A stretch of 64,000 nucleotides of DNA, taken from an uncultured Verrucomicrobiae bacterium. Lineage in GTDB: Bacteria > Verrucomicrobiota > Verrucomicrobiia > Verrucomicrobiales > Akkermansiaceae. This document shows positions 38,338 to 49,382 of this stretch, piece after piece. A program made the translations under genes and the position numbers. The notes beneath the pieces are model-generated. The model was not told where the DNA came from, made no database searches, and worked only from the letters and a program-made list of their open reading frames with translations. The stretch spans positions 48,831 through 112,830 of the forward strand of contig CAWKHB010000003.1 of assembly GCA_963849375.1 (NCBI GenBank). Reading direction: 5' to 3'. Numbering within the stretch: the first letter of the stretch is position 1; every line of letters begins with the position of its first letter.

Positions 38338-39519
38338 TTAGATAAATCGGACGGCGTGTTTTTTAGAAAGTTTCAGGACATCGCCGGTGATGGGGGTGAG
38401 GGGTGCGGTGGGGTCTAGCAGTTTTTCACCGTTTAATTGGACAGAGCCTGAGGTGATGAACTGTTTGCGGAGCTCACCGTTTGATTTTTCTAGATGGAAG
38501 GCGGAGGCAAAGGCGTAGGCGGTAAGTGAAAGGACTGTATGAGAGTTTTTAATTTCACTGAGTGATATTTTGGGGAGCTCTGCTGATGCCAAATCTTTTT
38601 TAGAGAACTGTTTTTCCCAGTTTTGACATGCTTTGGTAGCTGCGGTAGCGCTGTGGTAGCGGGTGGTGAGTTTTGTAGCTAAGGACTTTTTCGCGTCCAT
38701 AGGGTGGAAGGATGTATCGAGGTTTTCGCCAAGCAGTAAGGTGTAGTAGCGGGCCATGAGCTCGTCGGATGCGGACATGACTTTGCCAAACATTTCTTGG
38801 GGAGACTCGTTTACACCGATGTAGTTTCCATAAGATTTCGACATTTTTTTGATGCCGTCGAGGCCTTCAAGTAGGGGCATAACCATAACCACTTGTTGGG
38901 GTAGGCCTTCGGCTTTTTGCATATCTCGGCCAACGAGTATGTTGAAGAGTTGGTCTGTGCCACCAAGTTCTACGTCAGCTTTGATTTCGACGGAGTCCCA
39001 GCCTTGCATTACGGGGTATTGAAGCTCGTGGAGGCGGACTTCTTTAGAGGAATCGAGACGATTGCGAAAATCCTCTCGTTGAAGCATTTGCTGAAGGGTG
39101 ACGCGGGCATTGAGCCGGAGGATTTCCTCGTAGTTCATTTTACGAAACCAATCACCATTGTAGACGATCTCTGTTTTTTTCTGATCAAGGATTTTGAATG
39201 CTTGTTCGGTATAGGTTTCGGCGTTTTTTAGGACTTCAGTCCGAGTGAGAGGGGGGCGCGTCGCAGAGCGGCCTGAGGGATCGCCGATTGTGGCGGTGAA
39301 ATCACCGATCAGAAGAACGGCTTGGTGGCCGAGTTCTTGAAATTGGCGGAGTTTTTCGATTACGACGGTGTGTCCGAAATGAATGTCGGGGGCAGTTGGA
39401 TCGACTCCAAGTTTGATGCGGAGTGGGCGACCGAGGTTTAATTTTTCGAGTAATTCCTTTTCGGAAAGGATGTTGGCGGTGCCGCGTGTGAGTTGGTCTA
39501 GTTGCGTTTCTGGGCTCAA
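38338..39519 (-). CDS. tyrS: Tyrosine--tRNA ligase
   Basis: KLGVDPTAPDIHFGH, GDPSGR, GGTDQLFN, KMSKS. Confidence 0.96.
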   Translation of the reverse strand: MSPETQLDQLTRGTANILSEKELLEKLNLGRPLRIKLGVDPTAPDIHFGHTVVIEKLRQFQELGHQAVLLIGDFTATIGDPSGRSATRPPLTRTEVLKNAETYTEQAFKILDQKKTEIVYNGDWFRKMNYEEILRLNARVTLQQMLQREDFRNRLDSSKEVRLHELQYPVMQGWDSVEIKADVELGGTDQLFNILVGRDMQKAEGLPQQVVMVMPLLEGLDGIKKMSKSYGNYIGVNESPQEMFGKVMSASDELMARYYTLLLGENLDTSFHPMDAKKSLATKLTTRYHSATAATKACQNWEKQFSKKDLASAELPKISLSEIKNSHTVLSLTAYAFASAFHLEKSNGELRKQFITSGSVQLNGEKLLDPTAPLTPITGDVLKLSKKHAVRFI

Positions 39520-39588
39520 GATTGGAAGGTATTTATGGGTAGAAGCGATGTGATGAGACGCTTGTAGCGTGTATAGCTGCGCTGAAAA

Positions 39589-42105
39589 TCAGTTGTTTCC
39601 AGTGTCTTCTTCGATGGATTTGAGGCGAGCTTTTGCACGTTCCGCAAGATCGATGGCGGCATCTGACTCTGATCTACCGATTAGTTGGTCGAGCAGGTTA
39701 TAGACCCATGGGGTGGGAGGGACATTGGCTAAGCCGCGGATCAGGTTCATTTGTTCCTCCGGGGTTTTGGTGCTTTGATAGAGTTTTGTCCAAGTCTCTT
39801 CTAGGTTTTCTGTCTGGCCAGATGCGTAGCGGTAGGTGGAATCGTATGCACGAGTGCGTATTTTGCCGGGCTTTGCCTTTTCTAGGAAGCTTGTTAGAAC
39901 TTCAAAGCCCGTGTTGTCTTCCCAAGTTTCGAGGGCTACGAAAGCGGCAATTTGATCTAGCTCATCGCTACTTTCTAAGTTCTTTCTAACGATTTCGAGG
40001 GCTTTGGGTCCGCCGGCCCGACTGAGTAGGCGGAGCATGGTGTGTCTGATTTCGTCATTGATCGCAGATTCATAAGCGGTGGCAACGATGCCGCCGAGGC
40101 GAGGTTTATCGGATGAATCCTTAATAATTTCTGCAGCGCTGAGTTCGGCTGCTTTGCGGATCTTCTGATTGGTGGTGGATTGGATGGTGGCTAAGAATGA
40201 GGCAAAATGTTCATCGCTGGCCATGAAGCGTGTGGCTTCTAGGGCTGCTATAGCTGCTTCTGTATCGGATGTTTCGCCTGCAAAATTTAGCAAGGTATCG
40301 ATGACTTCCGGGTTATTTCGTTTTCTTAAGACATCGCGGATGAGCACAACGCGGACATCAGGAATGATCTCGCGGGTGGTAGCGAATTCTGCGATTTTTT
40401 GGTCTACATTTGTGCCGTCTGTAGCTTTAGCTAAGGTGAGTGCTTTGAAGAGGACGTTACGGTTTTTGTTGGCTCCGGTGGAAACGGCGTTTCGGAGAAG
40501 TATTTCGAGTTTCTCTTCATCTACTGGCAGTTCAGTAGCATCACCCTTTTCAGCGTAAGTGATCATTTCGTTGTAAAGGGCAGCCTCGGAGTTATTGCTG
40601 GTTTTCCTCACGATCGCATAACCAGCAATGAGGCAGACAAGGACGAGGCTAATGATGGTTACAGCAATCGCAGCTTTGGAGAGACGTTTTTTCTGCTTTT
40701 TCGGGTGAGTGGGGCTTTTGGAAGCTGGCTCTTCGGCTACAGGGGCAGTTGGAGAACCTACAGAATAGGTGTCTTTCACCGTTTTGGTGGGAGCTTTTGG
40801 TGCGGGGTTTGTTTTCGTAGGAGCAAGTGCAGGTTTTGTGGCAACTGCATTGGGCTTGGGTATGGATGAGGAAATTGCGGAGGCTTTCCGTAAGGTGGGT
40901 GCCGGAGCAGTGATTTTCTTTGCAGGGGTAGGGGCAGGCTTTGTGTCCTCAGAGGTGGGTGAAGCTGGGCTCGGGCTCGGGCTAGGGGTTGGTGTTTCTT
41001 CTACCTCGGGTGGTTTAGAATCTTCTGTTTGCTCGGTCGGGGCTGGCTCGGGCTTTCGAGATGACTGGACGACTTGTTTGCTGGTATGGACTGAGGGTTG
41101 AGAGCCGCTAGGTGGCTGGAGAGGTTTAGGAACAGAGGCTGTTTTCTTTGGATGGGAGCCTGTTTTCTCTTCGACGGCTGTGGGAGTGGGTGCGGCACCG
41201 GGTATGATGAGTTTTGGTCGGGTTGCGGCCGGTTCATCGGGTTTGGATGCGGCCCCTTCACTTAGAGGTGGCGAGATGACTTCATCTTGTTCGAGAAAGA
41301 CTTGGAGTGCCTCGCGCGCGGAGGCTGGGCGATCCGAGGGCTGGCGATTGAGCAGCCACATGATCCACTCACAGGCCCAGATGGGGATACCCTCGCGGAC
41401 TTCTTGGAGAGGAGTTACGTGGTGCTGGAGATGGGCTGCCATAACTTCCACAGCGGAGTCTCCATCAAAAGGATAGGTGCCGGTGAGTGCGTAATAGTAT
41501 ACGCAGGCGATGGCATACATATCTGTGCGCAGATCGATAGGGACGCGCTCAAATTGCTCTGGTGCCATGAAGTAGATGGAGCCGAAGACGCCATCGGATT
41601 GGTCGATGGTTTGGAGGGTGGGTTTGGCAGAGAGTTTTGCGAGGCCAAAATCGACGATTTTCACTTGGAACTTCCCTGAAGGGAGCCATGTGAGCATGAT
41701 GTTTGTAGGTTTGAGATCTCGGTGGACGATATGGAGTTCTTGGGCAGCGATGAGTGCCTCGAGAGACTGATTGGCAAGCTGACGGAAATCCGGCCAGGTG
41801 AAGGAGCCCTTACCAATAATTCCTTCGAGTGTGTCTCCGGTGAGGAGCTCCATGACTACGAATGGGCCATCTGAGTCTTCACCAACGTCGTAGATTGTGA
41901 CGATGTTTGGGTGCTGGAGGGAAGCGAGGGAGCCGGCTTCTTTGAGGAGTTGGCGAGTGGCTTCTGCGGGAAGATTCTCGTCTTCGGTGCTGTTGATGAT
42001 GCGTTTGATGGCAACGTCTCGGTTCATCCGGACATCGAAGGCTTTGTATACCGTGCCGAGTCCGCCTTGGCCGATTTTGCCTTTAATTTCGTAGCGTTCT
42101 TCCAT
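39589..42105 (-). CDS. Hanks-type Ser/Thr kinase with Pro-rich linker, TM and HEAT-like C-terminal domain
   Basis: IGQGG.G, VAIK, HRDLKP.N, DFG and APE; TM AAIAVTIISLVLVCLIAGYAIV. Confidence 0.9.
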   Translation of the reverse strand: MEERYEIKGKIGQGGLGTVYKAFDVRMNRDVAIKRIINSTEDENLPAEATRQLLKEAGSLASLQHPNIVTIYDVGEDSDGPFVVMELLTGDTLEGIIGKGSFTWPDFRQLANQSLEALIAAQELHIVHRDLKPTNIMLTWLPSGKFQVKIVDFGLAKLSAKPTLQTIDQSDGVFGSIYFMAPEQFERVPIDLRTDMYAIACVYYYALTGTYPFDGDSAVEVMAAHLQHHVTPLQEVREGIPIWACEWIMWLLNRQPSDRPASAREALQVFLEQDEVISPPLSEGAASKPDEPAATRPKLIIPGAAPTPTAVEEKTGSHPKKTASVPKPLQPPSGSQPSVHTSKQVVQSSRKPEPAPTEQTEDSKPPEVEETPTPSPSPSPASPTSEDTKPAPTPAKKITAPAPTLRKASAISSSIPKPNAVATKPALAPTKTNPAPKAPTKTVKDTYSVGSPTAPVAEEPASKSPTHPKKQKKRLSKAAIAVTIISLVLVCLIAGYAIVRKTSNNSEAALYNEMITYAEKGDATELPVDEEKLEILLRNAVSTGANKNRNVLFKALTLAKATDGTNVDQKIAEFATTREIIPDVRVVLIRDVLRKRNNPEVIDTLLNFAGETSDTEAAIAALEATRFMASDEHFASFLATIQSTTNQKIRKAAELSAAEIIKDSSDKPRLGGIVATAYESAINDEIRHTMLRLLSRAGGPKALEIVRKNLESSDELDQIAAFVALETWEDNTGFEVLTSFLEKAKPGKIRTRAYDSTYRYASGQTENLEETWTKLYQSTKTPEEQMNLIRGLANVPPTPWVYNLLDQLIGRSESDAAIDLAERAKARLKSIEEDTGNN

Positions 42106-42156
42106 TTGCGCAGCTGGGTTTTGAGATGAGGCGGGGGCCTAGAGAGATATCTGAGG

Positions 42157-43140
42157 TTATAATTTAATATCGATCATAGCGCGTTTTCTGCGCGATTCGA
42201 TCCAGCGTTCGTATTGCTCTGAGGTTTTGTCACGGCGGACGCGGCTTTCGATCATGGGGCGGACTTTGTTGAGGGGTGGGGCAGGCCCGAGATTTTTTTT
42301 GACGATTTTGACGATGGTGAAGCCACGAGGATCGAGAAGCGGGCCTATGAGGCGGCCTTCCTCGGCGTCGAAGACGATGGAGGCGAATTCGGCTGAGAGA
42401 TCGGTGCGAGGGACGTTTTCTTGGTAGCCGCCCTCGGTGGCGAAGGCATCTTTTGAGAATTGTTTGGCAAGGGTAGCAAAGTCCTCGCCGTTGTTGAGTT
42501 TGGTGGCGAGGCCCTCGGCGATGGCGAGTTGGTCTTCTGGTGAGGAGAGGGGTGCACCGGGATCAGAGGCGGGGATGAAAATTTTCCGGAAGGTAATTTT
42601 ATCCTTTGAGGTATCGCGAATTTCGTCGCGCATGGAGTTGTATTCCTTTTGGATTTCGTTAGGAAGCGGCGGCGGGGCATCTGAGAATTGTTGGGCACGC
42701 ATGGCTTGGACGACCATTTTCTCCCGGGTCATTTCACGGTAACCGTCCATGGTGAGGCGAGATTTTTTGAGTTCCTCACGAAATTTCTTCTCATCGCCAT
42801 TGTAGAGTTCGCGGATTTGGCGGTCGATTTCCTCATCGATGAGGTTTGGACGGATTGAGGCACCAAGTTTTTTAAATTCGTCGAGGATGATTTGTCTGTC
42901 GATGAGTTCTTGTAAGACTTTTTCTTGGGCTTCTTTAAGTTGACGATCAAATTCTGGGCCTCTGCGGGGGAATTTGGTAGCGAGTTGGCCGAAGACGGGT
43001 GCTAGCATGAAGGATACTTCATTTTTGGTAACGACACGTCCGTTTACTTTCGCAGCGATGCCATTGACCTCTACGGCTTTTGCGAAGGCAAACTCGGCAC
43101 TAAATAGGGTGATGAGGATGGCAGTTAGGATGCGGAGCAT
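42157..43140 (-). CDS. SurA-like peptidyl-prolyl isomerase/chaperone
   Basis: Signal peptide, IAAKVNG, FATLAKQFSKD...GG parvulin-like domain. Confidence 0.8.
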   Translation of the reverse strand: MLRILTAILITLFSAEFAFAKAVEVNGIAAKVNGRVVTKNEVSFMLAPVFGQLATKFPRRGPEFDRQLKEAQEKVLQELIDRQIILDEFKKLGASIRPNLIDEEIDRQIRELYNGDEKKFREELKKSRLTMDGYREMTREKMVVQAMRAQQFSDAPPPLPNEIQKEYNSMRDEIRDTSKDKITFRKIFIPASDPGAPLSSPEDQLAIAEGLATKLNNGEDFATLAKQFSKDAFATEGGYQENVPRTDLSAEFASIVFDAEEGRLIGPLLDPRGFTIVKIVKKNLGPAPPLNKVRPMIESRVRRDKTSEQYERWIESRRKRAMIDIKL

Positions 43141-43264
43141 GGTGGTAGGTGGTTCGTTCAAAGGTGCGTAGGGTTTTTGAACGATGTTCTTGTGCCCTTC
43201 CGCAAAGACAACTCTATGTAGCTTTTCTTGGAAGCGCAAGAATTGCAAGCGGGGAAACTTGATG

Positions 43265-45704
43265 TCATGAAGATGCGTTGGCAAGTTCTTGGAGCATGCT
43301 TTCGAGGCGGGTGGCGGCATCTTCACCGATGTGGATGGACTGCAGGCGATCTGCCCATAAGGGGAAAGCGAAGGGGGTGAGGCGGCCGGTTTCTTTGAGG
43401 AGCATGGGTTGTTGGTGAAGGTGACGAAGGGAGCTTGTGAGACGAGTGAGTTCTAGCTGTTTTTCGAGGATTTCGCGTTCGGCTTGTGCGAGGAGGAGGT
43501 TTTGGGGATCGTAGCGTTGGAGGACTTCGTAGAGGAGGGTGGCGGAGGATTGTAGCTCGCGCTGGGAGTTGGTTTGGCGGCCGGGCATGGGCTGGAGGAT
43601 GAGGCCGGAGACGCGGGCGATTTCCCGGAACTGGCGGCGGGCCAGCTCGGTGGTGTTCATGCATTCTAGGAGGTCTTGGAGCAGGTTTTCTGGGGAAAGT
43701 AGGGTGCGGAGATTTTTGTTCGGCAAAGGGTAGGTTTTTGCGGGCGGTGAGGGAGAAGCCGTAGTCGTTCTGGGTGGTGGTGATGGATTCGGAGTTTTCC
43801 CGAGAAATCCGGAAGGCGATGAGTGCGGCGAGGCCTTCGTGGACGAGGCGGCCCGCAAAGGGGAAGAAGAACAGATGCTCGCCCTCGCGGGTGCGGGTGT
43901 GCTCGATGAGGAGTGTTTCGTCGGTGGGCAGGTGCGACCATTTTTGCTGGATTTCGAGGATGGGTGAGATGGCGGTGAGCTCTGGGGGTGTTTTTGCGGG
44001 TTTTCCGGAGGGTGAGGTAGGGGGGTGGTTGATGAGATCTGAGAAGGCGTGAGAAAGCTCGGTGGAGAGGGGCATTTTGGTGCCTCCCCAGATGGCGATT
44101 TGGCCGCGTGGTTTTTTTGGTGAGGCTTTGACTGTGGCGACTTTTTGGCGGATGCGGATGAGAGAAAGGTGACGGCCGGCGAAGATGAAAGCGGTGCCGG
44201 GCTTTAACTTTGAGATGAAGCCTTCCTCGACGGTGCCGAGAGTTTGGCCATTGGCGAAGCGGAGGGAGATGTGGCTATCTGAGGTGATAGTGCCGATGGA
44301 AAGGCGGTGCTGGGTGATGAGCCGTTTTGCGGTGACAGAGTAGCGGCCTTCTTCGTCGATGGTGGCTTTTTGAAATTGGGGGTAAGCGGCTAAGGCTTCG
44401 CCGCCTTTTGTGATGAAGGTGAGTGCCCATTGCCATTCGGTATCGCTGAGATTTCGGTAGGCGTAGGTAGATCTGAATTTCGCGGCGCATTTCTTCGGGG
44501 GTGAAGGGTTCTCCGATGGCGCAGGTGACGAGGTGCTGGACGAGGACGTCGAGGGGTTTTGAGAGGGGCTGGCGGGATTCGATTTTTTGTGTTTTGGAGG
44601 CTTTGCGGGCGGCTGCGAATTCGATGAGCTCGAGGGCGTTTGTGGGGACGCCAATGATGCGGGAGGAAGCTCCGGGGCGGTGGCCTGAGCGGCCAGCGCG
44701 CTGAAGGAGGCGGGCGACGCCCTTAGGTGAGCCGACTTGGATGACTTGATCTACGGGGGAGAAGTCTACGCCGAGATCGAGCGATGAGGTGCAGACGACG
44801 CATTTGAGGGAGCCTTCGCGAAGGCCGTTTTCTGCGAAGTCGCGCTCGGAGCGATCGAGCGAGCCGTGGTGCATGGCTATTTTCCCTGACCATTTTGGGC
44901 GGATGGATAGGAGTTCTTGAAACCAGATTTCTGTTTGAGATCGGGTATTTGTGAAGAGTAGGGTGGATTGGGCGTCTTCGATTTTTTGGATGACTTGAGA
45001 TGCGAGTGAGGTGCCGATGTGGCCAGACCATGGGAAGCGATCGATGTGCTTTGGGATGATCGTTTCGATGAAGATGTTCTTTTTAAGCGCAGCCGAGATG
45101 ACGGTTGGGGGGGTAGATGATGGCTGGGGGTAAATGGAATCTGCGGCGATGGGGAGATTGCCGAGGGTGGCGGAGAGGCCCCATGTGCGCATGGACGGAA
45201 ACCATGTGCGGAGGCGGGCGAGGCAGAGTTCTGTTTGTGTGCCTCGTTTGGTGCCAAGTAGCTCGTGCCACTCGTCGATGACTACGCATTGGAGCTGCGA
45301 TATTTTTCCCGCATATCGTCATGAGTGAGCATGAGCGAGAGTGACTCTGGGGTGGTGACGAGGGTATGGGGGAGGCGTTTGCGGAGTTTTGCGCGGACGG
45401 CGGCTGAGGTATCGCCAGTGCGGGCCTCGGCGGTGAGGTTTTTCTTATAAAATTGTTGGGGCTCGCGAAGGGCGCGAAGGGTATCGAGGGCTAAGGCGCG
45501 GAGGGGGGTGATCCAGAGGATGGCGCATTGATCGGATTTTAGAGATGCGACTAGGGGGGCTAGGTAGACAGCCATTGTTTTGCCTTGGCCGGTGGGGGCG
45601 TGGAGGAGGCCAGATTCGCCTTTTCGGTAGGCGGCCCAAGTTTTTTTTTGAAAGGCGAAGGGTTTGTAGCCTTTGGATTTTAGGAAAGAAGCTGGGGTGG
45701 GCAT
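43265..45704 (-). CDS. Ligase-associated Lhr-type DEXH helicase, broken by about three frameshifts
   Basis: APTGQGKT, TTPESL, VIDEWHEL, GLSAT, HHGSL, QRAGRSGH, ELARRQFREIAR spread across four ORFs. Confidence 0.85.
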
Positions 45705-45754
45705 GAAGGCCGGAAGGGTAGCTGAGCTCGTAGTTTTTCGCAACTCAGGTGCAA

Positions 45755-47275
45755 CTAGCTGGGTGGTTTTTTAGGAGATCTTGGCACAGCTGATTTGCTG
45801 CGGCGGCGGAGCATTTCATAGGGGAAAGCAGTCATTCGGCGCATGCCCATGGAGAGGCCAGCGGTGCTTAGGAAGCTATTTCGGACAGAGGAGAATACTT
45901 CCTCGCGGACGGCATTTTCGCTCACGGTTCCTTCCTCGTCGATGAGTGAAAGGCGGTGCCATGCGTAGAGGCCGGTGAGGGCAGCAGTGAAGAATACGAA
46001 ATCGAGGCCGCGGAAGCTGAGGGCAGGGATCGATAGGGCATTTTCTACATCGGCGGCGTTGGCGCGGTAGAAGACTTCGATACTGATTTCTTTGATGGCG
46101 AAGTAGCTGCCGATGAGACCTCCGACTACGGGTGCGACGGCGGCAGATAGTCCTGCGCAGAAGGCGTTAGTGCCGAGGTAGGCGGTGGCAGAGCCGTGTG
46201 GGGCGAGGCGGAGGGCGATATTGGCGGCGCAAAGATTGAAGCCTGCGGTGGAGATACCGCCGATGATGTGAATGAGGACAAGTAGCGGGACTGTAAGGTA
46301 GTAGCGCTCCGGCATGGTGGTGAATGGGTATAGCAGCAGGATGACGATGAAGAGTGGGACGGAGACAGCGAGGACGCTTTTGTTGCTAAACCGATCTGCG
46401 ATGCGGCCCCAGACTTTGAAGAAATAGATGTTAGTAATCTGGCTAATGACGGCGAGTAGGATGACCCAGCTCATAGGGATGCCGATGCGATTGAGCATGT
46501 AGACGGTGAAGAACGCGCCGGACATGATGACGGTAAAGCTCCAGGCAGCGGAAAAGAAGAGGAGGCGCCGGAAATTTGTGTCTTTGACGGGTGTTGTGAG
46601 GGTTTTGAGCCAGCTGACCTTTTGCGCACGTTTCGGCATACGAAGCTCAGGCATTCGGGAGCGCATAAAGGCCCCTACTAGCCCGAAAGCGGCGGCGATT
46701 AGAAAGACGATGCCGTAGGATTTCCCTTTATCGCCAAGGAAATGTGCGAGTGGGGCTATACTGAAACCGGCAATTACGCTGATTACTGCGCCGAGGGCAG
46801 TTGCGGCGGCTAAGCGTGAGGCGAGGACGGAGCCAAGCTGAGTGGGAGGGATGAGATCTTTCAGCATGGCACCCCAAGATGAGCCGGAGAAGGCGCCGCC
46901 TAGGAAGAATATGACCATGCAGGAGATGAAGACGGTGACTTGGGCAGACTCTGGAACGATGAACGGTGTGAGTGCAGCAGCTACGAGGAAAAAGCGTGAG
47001 AGGGTGACGAAAACGACGGTGATGAGCTTGCGAAGGCCAATTTTTTCGACCAGCAGGATGGCTGGGATTTGTGACATTTGGGCGATGGGAGCGAAACTGG
47101 CGAGAAGGCCAATCATGAAGTTTCCAGCACCGAGGGCGAGGGCCATGGCGGGAAGGAATGCGCCGGTGACAAGGAGTGTCATCGCATTTCCGGTGAGGCT
47201 TTCCCATGTAAGGACCTTCATGCCTTTTTCTCGATCTTCAGGAGAGAGCTCGTCGATGGGAGAATACCAAGGCAT
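45755..47275 (-). CDS. MFS transporter
   Basis: About 12 TM, WGRIADRFSNK. Confidence 0.85.
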   Translation of the reverse strand: MPWYSPIDELSPEDREKGMKVLTWESLTGNAMTLLVTGAFLPAMALALGAGNFMIGLLASFAPIAQMSQIPAILLVEKIGLRKLITVVFVTLSRFFLVAAALTPFIVPESAQVTVFISCMVIFFLGGAFSGSSWGAMLKDLIPPTQLGSVLASRLAAATALGAVISVIAGFSIAPLAHFLGDKGKSYGIVFLIAAAFGLVGAFMRSRMPELRMPKRAQKVSWLKTLTTPVKDTNFRRLLFFSAAWSFTVIMSGAFFTVYMLNRIGIPMSWVILLAVISQITNIYFFKVWGRIADRFSNKSVLAVSVPLFIVILLLYPFTTMPERYYLTVPLLVLIHIIGGISTAGFNLCAANIALRLAPHGSATAYLGTNAFCAGLSAAVAPVVGGLIGSYFAIKEISIEVFYRANAADVENALSIPALSFRGLDFVFFTAALTGLYAWHRLSLIDEEGTVSENAVREEVFSSVRNSFLSTAGLSMGMRRMTAFPYEMLRRRSKSAVPRSPKKPPS

Positions 47276-47383
47276 TCGTGATGGTTGTGCAGATGGGATG
47301 CCAGACTGGTGCTCTTTCGGTGAAAAATTGCTGAGCTTACGCTGGTGGGTGGCGCACGGGCCTTCGAGGTGCTAGTAGATGAT

Positions 47384-48058
47384 ATGAACATTTGGGTGAC
47401 TGGCTGTAGTGCGGGCTTAGGGAGGGCGTTGGTGGGATATTTTGTAGAGAAGGGGCACGTGGTGAATGGATGCGCTAGGCGGCCCGAGCGGATCGATGAG
47501 TTGAAAAAGGAATTTGCGGAGCCGCATTATTTTGGGGTGTGCGATGTAAGCGAAGACAAAGAAGCGTTAAAATTTTGCGAGAATGCCCTCGCGGCGAATG
47601 GGCCACCGGATTTGGTGATTAATAATGCTGCGATCATCAATTCACCTGCTCCGCTATGGAAGATTCCGGCAGACGAATTTGATAGGCTTATGCGGATAAA
47701 TCTGAGTGGAACTGCCAATATCATACGCCATGTCGTGCCGATGATGCTGGAGGCGGGTGAGGGTTTGATAGTGAATCTATCCTCGGGGTGGGGTCGGAGC
47801 ACATCGCCGGAGGTGGCGCCGTATTGTGCCAGTAAATGGGGGATTGAGGGGCTTACGAAGGCACTGGCCCAGGAATTGCCGGGAGGCTTGGCAGTAGTTT
47901 CCTTAAATCCGGGGGTAATTGATACGGAGATGCTGCGGAGCGCGTGGGGTGAAGGGGCGGCCCAGTATCAGGGGGTGGAGGCGTGGGTAAAGAAGGCAGG
48001 ACCGCTGCTACTAGAGCTTAAGGAGAGCGACAATGGGCGAGAGCTATCGGTTGGGTAG
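47384..48058 (+). CDS. Short-chain dehydrogenase/reductase
   Basis: TGCSAGLG, NNAA, YCASK. Confidence 0.9.
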   Translation: MNIWVTGCSAGLGRALVGYFVEKGHVVNGCARRPERIDELKKEFAEPHYFGVCDVSEDKEALKFCENALAANGPPDLVINNAAIINSPAPLWKIPADEFDRLMRINLSGTANIIRHVVPMMLEAGEGLIVNLSSGWGRSTSPEVAPYCASKWGIEGLTKALAQELPGGLAVVSLNPGVIDTEMLRSAWGEGAAQYQGVEAWVKKAGPLLLELKESDNGRELSVG

Positions 48059-48105
48059 ATGCTTCAAAATCATTTTTTAGAGGATTTCTACCTCAAGGGG
48101 TTGCC

Positions 48106-48447
48106 CTAAATTTTCGGAGGAAGCAGAGAGCCTTCGAGTTCGTTGTCCTCGAGGCCGATGTCTGGGAGGACGGGTTCTTTGAAGTCTTGAGGGAGGCTGA
48201 AGGACCAGAAAGAGCGTTTGCGTTTTTCGTCGAAAGCGAGGGCACGGTCTTTGCCAGAAGGCATTTCTTTGAGGTCGCCCTCGCGGGCTTGGACGATCTC
48301 TAATTGATCTTGGCGCAGATCTGAAAATGAGAAGTTTTTCACGGATTTCGTGGCATTTGCAGCAGTGGATTTTACGGCTTGCATGCTTCCGCAGGATGTT
48401 AGGAAGGTGATGAGGGGAAATATGATGAAGTAGAAGATCTTTGTCAT
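48106..48447 (-). CDS. Small lipoprotein
   Basis: Lipobox LTSC. Confidence 0.65.
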   Translation of the reverse strand: MTKIFYFIIFPLITFLTSCGSMQAVKSTAANATKSVKNFSFSDLRQDQLEIVQAREGDLKEMPSGKDRALAFDEKRKRSFWSFSLPQDFKEPVLPDIGLEDNELEGSLLPPKI

Positions 48448-48668
48448 AATGGGCGGTGGCAATTGAGGTGGACCGGTAGGAGAATTCTTTGGGGTAGACG
48501 CCTTCTGGGGAAAAGTTGTGATATGCGATGGGGATTGTCGAGAATGGCTTTTTGTTACGATTCTGTCACAGACTACCGGGAATGTGGATCTGAGGTAGCG
48601 TTCGTGTTGAAAGTTTGACAGGTTGCTGGCGTTGGTGAGTAATGGTGAGTAGCTTTTAATTAAATTTT

Positions 48669-49382
48669 ATGAGAATTCTTCGTTTCTTCACTGTGTTTGT
48701 TGTTTCAGCTTTGACGTTTGTGCATGCGAGTGAGGGGCCTTTGAACCAGCTGACAACTGAGGAGAAAGAGAACGGCTGGATGTTGTTATTTGATGGAGAG
48801 AATGCCGGTGAGCATTTTCGGGCGTATGGAGGGGATGATTTACCCGAAGGATGGGTGGCTGAGGATGGCGCGCTTTGTAGGAAAGGTAAGGGTGATATTA
48901 TCACCAAAGAGAAGTATGAAAGCTTTGAATTGCAGCTAGAGTGGAGGATCTCTGAGGGTGGAAACTCGGGGATTATGTTTAAAGTGTTGGAGGGTGAGGG
49001 CCAGTCTTACAAGACGGGGCCGGAAGCACAGATTCAGGATAATGTGGACGGGAAAGATCCCGAAAAGGCAGGCTGGATGTATGGGCTGTATGCGACGGAC
49101 ATTGATACTACGAAACCAGTAGGTGAATGGAATCATTTCGTTCTCAAGTGCCAGAAGACGGCTGAGGGCACTTATCTTTGTGAGCATTGGATGAACGGCG
49201 AGAAGTATGTTTCATACGAAATTGGCTCGGAAGATTGGAAGAAGCGGGTGGCAGGATCAAAATTTGCGGATTGGGAGCAATTTGGAACTGCGGATGCGGG
49301 TCATATTTGTTTTCAGGACCATGGGGATGAGGTTTGCTTCCGGAATATCAAAATCCGGGAGCTTGAGGAGCTTAAGGAGTAA
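48669..49382 (+). CDS. DUF1080 (3-keto-disaccharide hydrolase-like) secreted protein
   Basis: GWMLLFDG, GNSGI, GEWNH, GHICFQDHG...FRNIKI. Confidence 0.88.
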   Translation: MRILRFFTVFVVSALTFVHASEGPLNQLTTEEKENGWMLLFDGENAGEHFRAYGGDDLPEGWVAEDGALCRKGKGDIITKEKYESFELQLEWRISEGGNSGIMFKVLEGEGQSYKTGPEAQIQDNVDGKDPEKAGWMYGLYATDIDTTKPVGEWNHFVLKCQKTAEGTYLCEHWMNGEKYVSYEIGSEDWKKRVAGSKFADWEQFGTADAGHICFQDHGDEVCFRNIKIRELEELKE

